23,869 nt of DNA from Vitrella brassicaformis CCMP3155. Lineage: Eukaryota; Protista; Chromerida. The notes beneath the pieces were generated by a model. That model was not told the origin of the DNA. It saw only the letters and a program-made list of their open reading frames with translations, and did not search any database. This document shows, in pieces, positions 20,993 to 23,869 of this stretch (position 1 is its first letter; each line of letters starts with the position of its first letter). The DNA lies in NCBI GenBank assembly GCA_001179505.1, contig CDMY01000756.1:1-23869 (forward strand), written 5' to 3'. The position numbers and the translations under genes were made by a program.

Positions 20993-22958
20993 CCATCTTC
21001 TTCGTCTCGCTCTGCTGCGTCCTGCCAGCTGGTGCCGGGGGGCAGGTCAAACGCACCCACGGGCGGCGGACGCTCCTGACACACCACAGACACACAGAGA
21101 CAGACAGACACAGAGAGATGGATGCATATGGTATGCACTCACTGCCCACTCTCCCGCCCCGCCCCGCCCCCTGATACCTTCTTGCCCTTCTTTTTGTCCC
21201 TCTCCTCATCGTCCTTGGACGCGCGGATGCGCTGCAAATTCGCACCCACGCACCCACACACACCACAGACACATACACAAGGAATGGCCCTTCTGTCGCG
21301 TTGCTTTGCTGGGGATGTGATGTCGGGCCTGACTTGACTGACTCACCGCGGTGACGTCCGGCAGGAAGTATGAGAATTCCTCGAGGAGGTCTGGGTGTGT
21401 CTTCATGAGGTGGTCGACGCTCTTCCAGACGTCCTTGACGGGCTTGCGCATGCTCTGGTAGTTCTGCAACTCCTCTATGAAGTGCTCGTACTTGTCGGGG
21501 GCCAACGTCTGACGCACGGCACGCAGAGATGGATGAAAGGAGGGATGACACACCCGCATCGCCGACATGCAAGTGGAGCTCTGTGCCTGCATTGATTGCA
21601 TTCAATGCAATGACTGACCTTGATTCGTTTGACGTACTCGAGGGCATGGTCGTAGTCAACGGTGGGCGTCTGATGTGGTGGATGGACGGATGGAGGGACA
21701 CACAGACACACAGAACCATTCACACAGACAGACAGACAGACGGAAATTTATGGTATGTGTGCAGTGCAGGAGTGATTGAGTGGTGGTACGGTAGGTACCC
21801 CTATGCGCATCTCCGAGGGCAGGAACTGGTTGAAGTCGACGATGAGCGACCGGTGGCCCTGGAACAGATTCGACACCTTCTTGATCACCTTGTCCGTGCG
21901 CAACCTGACACCAACACAACACACAACCAGCCCAGTGGCCATCTGCATGTATGTGTGTGTGTGTGTGTGTGTCCCGAGACGCTCACTCACCCGCCACTCC
22001 TGAACTCCTTCATGATGCCGAGGAACTCGATGTAGCGCGGGTCGTCCTCACTGAACTTCTTCCGCACACGCGCCAAATACACCTTGGCGTCCTCCACACG
22101 CAACTCGTCACGCTGCACCGACCGGGGCCTCTCCTGATGACCACCGCCGCCGCCACCGCCGCCGCCCGAGGACCGCTCCCCCTCCCTCTCACCACCCCAT
22201 TCTCTCTCCCTCTCCCTGACGGACCCCTGCTTGGACGCAGGAGCCGATGCAGCGGCCGGTGCAGCCACCGACGCAGCTGGCGCAGCATCCTGCATCTCCA
22301 CATCACGGTCCACTATCCGGCGCACAGGCTTGATCCCACCATGCTGTACGGCGCCACCAGGTATCTGGTCGACCCCGCCGCCAATGGGGGTGCTGTCCTC
22401 GTCCACTGTGACGGGCTCGGCGGCCGTGCCGTTGGGCTGAGGCGGCTGTGGTCGAAAGGGCCGCCATTCAGAAAAACGGAGACTGGGGGGAAACTCGTCC
22501 GAGACCAGAGGATGGGGACGGGCGCCTGGGGGAAGGGGAGGTCGATGTGGGAGGGGAGGGGGAGGGGGAGGGGGCGGAGCGTGTGTTGGTGGATGTGTCG
22601 GCTCAGGAGGCTCCCCTCCCACATGCTGATGCTGCTGTTGCTGGACGGGCTGTTGCTGCCTCTGCACCTGCGGCGGTTGCGTGTGCATCTCCTGCATCCG
22701 CCGCTCCTCCTTCTGCTTCTTCTCTCTCTGCTCTATTCGCCTCCGGTGGTCCTCGTCCCTCTCCCTCTCCTGGTCAATTCCACCCTGATGTGTGGTCTCA
22801 AAGACCGGCTTCTCAACTCCTGGTGGCGGAACGGAGGGCTGCTGCTGGTGCGGCTGAGGTGGCTGGTGCTGTGGCGGCCACGGGGCAGCGCCTCCGAATG
22901 GCGCAGGTGGGGCGGGAGGAGGGATCCCACCACCACCAGGCGGAACCTCTCTCGCCAT
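14525..22958 (-). CDS. SIN3: SIN3-family transcriptional corepressor / HDAC-complex scaffold (~1,821 aa)
   Basis: 30 phase-consistent exons (minus): 22958-21991, 21904-21799, 21669-21619, 21508-21347, 21231-21178, 21075-20994, 20901-20851, 20750-20681, 20581-20500, 20424-20381, 20260-20207, 20135-20089, 19958-19903, 19782-19717, 19612-19498, 19390-18868, 18753-18651, 18561-18414, 18346-18021, 17932-17849, 17769-17529, 17456-17008, 16864-16787, 16685-16600, 16498-16362, 16251-16082, 15979-15857, 15729-15556, 15443-15309, 15205-14525. PAH repeats (VEDAKVYLARVRKKF...FNQFLP; DHALEYVKRIK...FSYFLP), HDAC-interaction motifs (GSSYRKLPKKYP, CSGRDELC..LNDTWIS.P.GSED, RRNEYEEVLFKTEDERFDLD, RLKQKQEEW, SLDHRSFYF) and Sin3_C motifs (LFRFYATIYERL, LLGTSAYILYTIDR, SYKFVYV). 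Confidence 0.95.
18651..19958 (-). other. SIN3 histone-deacetylase-interacting region
   Basis: SYRKLP, CSGRDELC, GSED, FKTEDERFDLD, CLRLIYGE, PVIYNRLKQKQEEW and NYERSLDHRSFYF motifs in canonical order. Confidence 0.92.
20207..20750 (-). other. Divergent SIN3 PAH3-like domain
   Basis: EDGFFKALKACLNPDAKDSPHKQHYTEMAKCIKLFQTGVATVAETLALLEDILPLHDYPPLMWAVRKII: the position and the FF...Y..F.KCL.LF..G pattern fit PAH3. Confidence 0.65.
21359..21660 (-). other. SIN3 PAH2 domain
   Basis: VDYDHALEYVKRIKTLAPDKYEHFIEELQNYQSMRKPVKDVWKSVDHLMKTHPDLLEEFSYFLP across exons 3-4. Confidence 0.88.
21817..22106 (-). other. SIN3 PAH1 domain
   Basis: ELRVEDAKVYLARVRKKFSEDDPRYIEFLGIMKEFRSGGLRTDKVIKKVSNLFQGHRSLIVDFNQFLP across exons 1-2. 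Confidence 0.9.
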
Positions 22959-23312
22959 GATCTCCTCAGTGAGTCACTCAGATCAGGCCAGGCCAGGTCG
23001 CAGCTGCAGAGACCGCTCCAGCAGGGGACACAGCAGAAATCACCGGATGCAGAGCGGCGTCCCACCCGATAGTCGCGGAACCAGCCGGCTGCCTCACACG
23101 ATAAACCTCAAGTCACGGCAGCGGCTCTCGCACGGCGGCAGGTTCACAATGGCTGGGCAGATCTCGGTCTTGCAGCAGATGTATGTGGGTAGCGGGCGGT
23201 CGGGCAGCTGATGCACCGGCTGACAGTCGTCAGGGACAGGCACAGGAGACCCTCAGAGAACCGCACACCGAGGGCGACAGCGAGGCGCGACGACGCAGGC
23301 GGCTAAGTGCCA

Positions 23313-23680
23313 CTCTGGTTTAAACCACACCCTACAGCCGTGGCGTGTTGCGTTCCGACGGAAAAGCCCCCAGCGCATGCAAATGTTGCGAGCTAAGCCT
23401 GCAACCCTACAAACCCTGGTTGATCGGCATCTCGCCCATCTCTGCTCGCGCGTGTCTTCCCTTGTCGAAGGGCACTCAAGCCCTAGCCCAGGCTGCTACG
23501 TGAAACGAGCAGTAGAACCAAACATAATACCGTCTGGCCAGTTACCCCTGGCCAGAGCCCAGGGAGATACCCGCTGTCTTAGGTAGCTTCGTGAAACGGA
23601 GCCCTATTCCAGCGGAAGCCCAACGCCATAGCGTTATATAGCGTTAGACAGACTGGGTCTTTTCAGAGAGAAAAGACTCT
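23313..23680 (+). ncRNA. Candidate structured non-coding RNA of unknown class, divergent from SIN3
   Basis: Seven or more hairpins in ~300 nt: 23402-23422, 23459-23472, 23493-23512, 23533-23556 (perfect 9 bp), 23571-23615 (16 bp in three segments), 23622-23635, 23655-23679. Two carry identical CG-UGAAA-CG loops. G-U wobbles favour the + strand. The segment lacks the microsatellites typical of local non-coding DNA. Confidence 0.4.
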
Positions 23681-23739
23681 TGACTCCATCTGCTTGGTCA
23701 TCAACCACTCTACGAGCAACCTGAGCACGCTATTTATCC

Positions 23740-23869
23740 GACAGGTTAAGAGCCGAACCGCTTGGTGACTGGCGGACACACAGCAGAAATCGACAACGAC
23801 AACTGACTGACTGAGAGAGACAGAGGAAACAAACACTCTCTGGCTGTGTCTCACAAAGATGAGCTCAGG
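23740..23869 (-). CDS. Possible last exons of a minus-strand gene entering from the right edge
   Basis: Minus strand reads CCTGAGCTCATCTTT|GTGAG (donor at 23854), followed by tandem ...ctctctcag/tcag/tcag acceptors (23811/23807/23803) and another at 23769. Too short to identify. Confidence 0.2.

Noticed and set aside
9820-22958. Functional cluster of 14-3-3, SIN3 and the SUMO-like protein
   Set aside because: All are plausible nuclear regulators, but adjacency alone in a eukaryotic genome is not evidence of a shared system; would need conserved synteny.
23490-23610. Hammerhead ribozyme or group II intron domain V
   Set aside because: No CUGANGA core and no AGC-triad domain V stem.
23480-23615. 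Assignment as 7SL/SRP RNA
   Set aside because: GAAACG(G)AGC resembles helix 8, but the CAGG/AGCA symmetric loop geometry and an Alu-domain UGU(NR) motif are not reproduced.
1-23869. CRISPR arrays, tRNA/rRNA/snRNA genes, transposase/RT/Fanzor ORFs, prokaryotic operon or defence system
   Set aside because: No regularly spaced repeat-spacer units, no cloverleaf or U1/U2/U4/U5/U6 signatures seen by eye, and no RT/DDE/RuvC motifs. The DNA is spliced eukaryotic sequence.

Overview
Intron-rich eukaryotic genomic DNA, not prokaryotic. GC-rich exons, short microsatellite-filled introns and an apicomplexan-like 14-3-3 suggest a chromerid alveolate such as Vitrella (inference). All gene models were assembled by hand from splice sites with phase checking. 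(1) A 14-exon plus-strand gene, 1063-6394 (~1,320-1,330 aa), with an F-box-like motif followed by two tandem SUMO-like domains and an N/Q/G/P-rich tail. (2) An 8-exon minus-strand hypothetical gene, 9678-7153 (~635 aa). (3) A complete 11-exon 14-3-3 gene, 9820-11583 (245 aa), head-to-head with gene 2, their ATGs only 141 bp apart. (4) A 30-exon SIN3 corepressor gene, 22958-14525 (~1,821 aa), including one GC-AG intron. There is also a 300-N gap and weak gene fragments at both edges. The best unexplained signals are a ~350-nt hairpin-dense segment upstream of SIN3 (23313-23680; twin CG-UGAAA-CG loops, crossing long-range helices reminiscent of RNase P/MRP), the F-box + 2x SUMO-like architecture, and strand-switching CA-rich 5' / GT-rich 3' polarity of introns.
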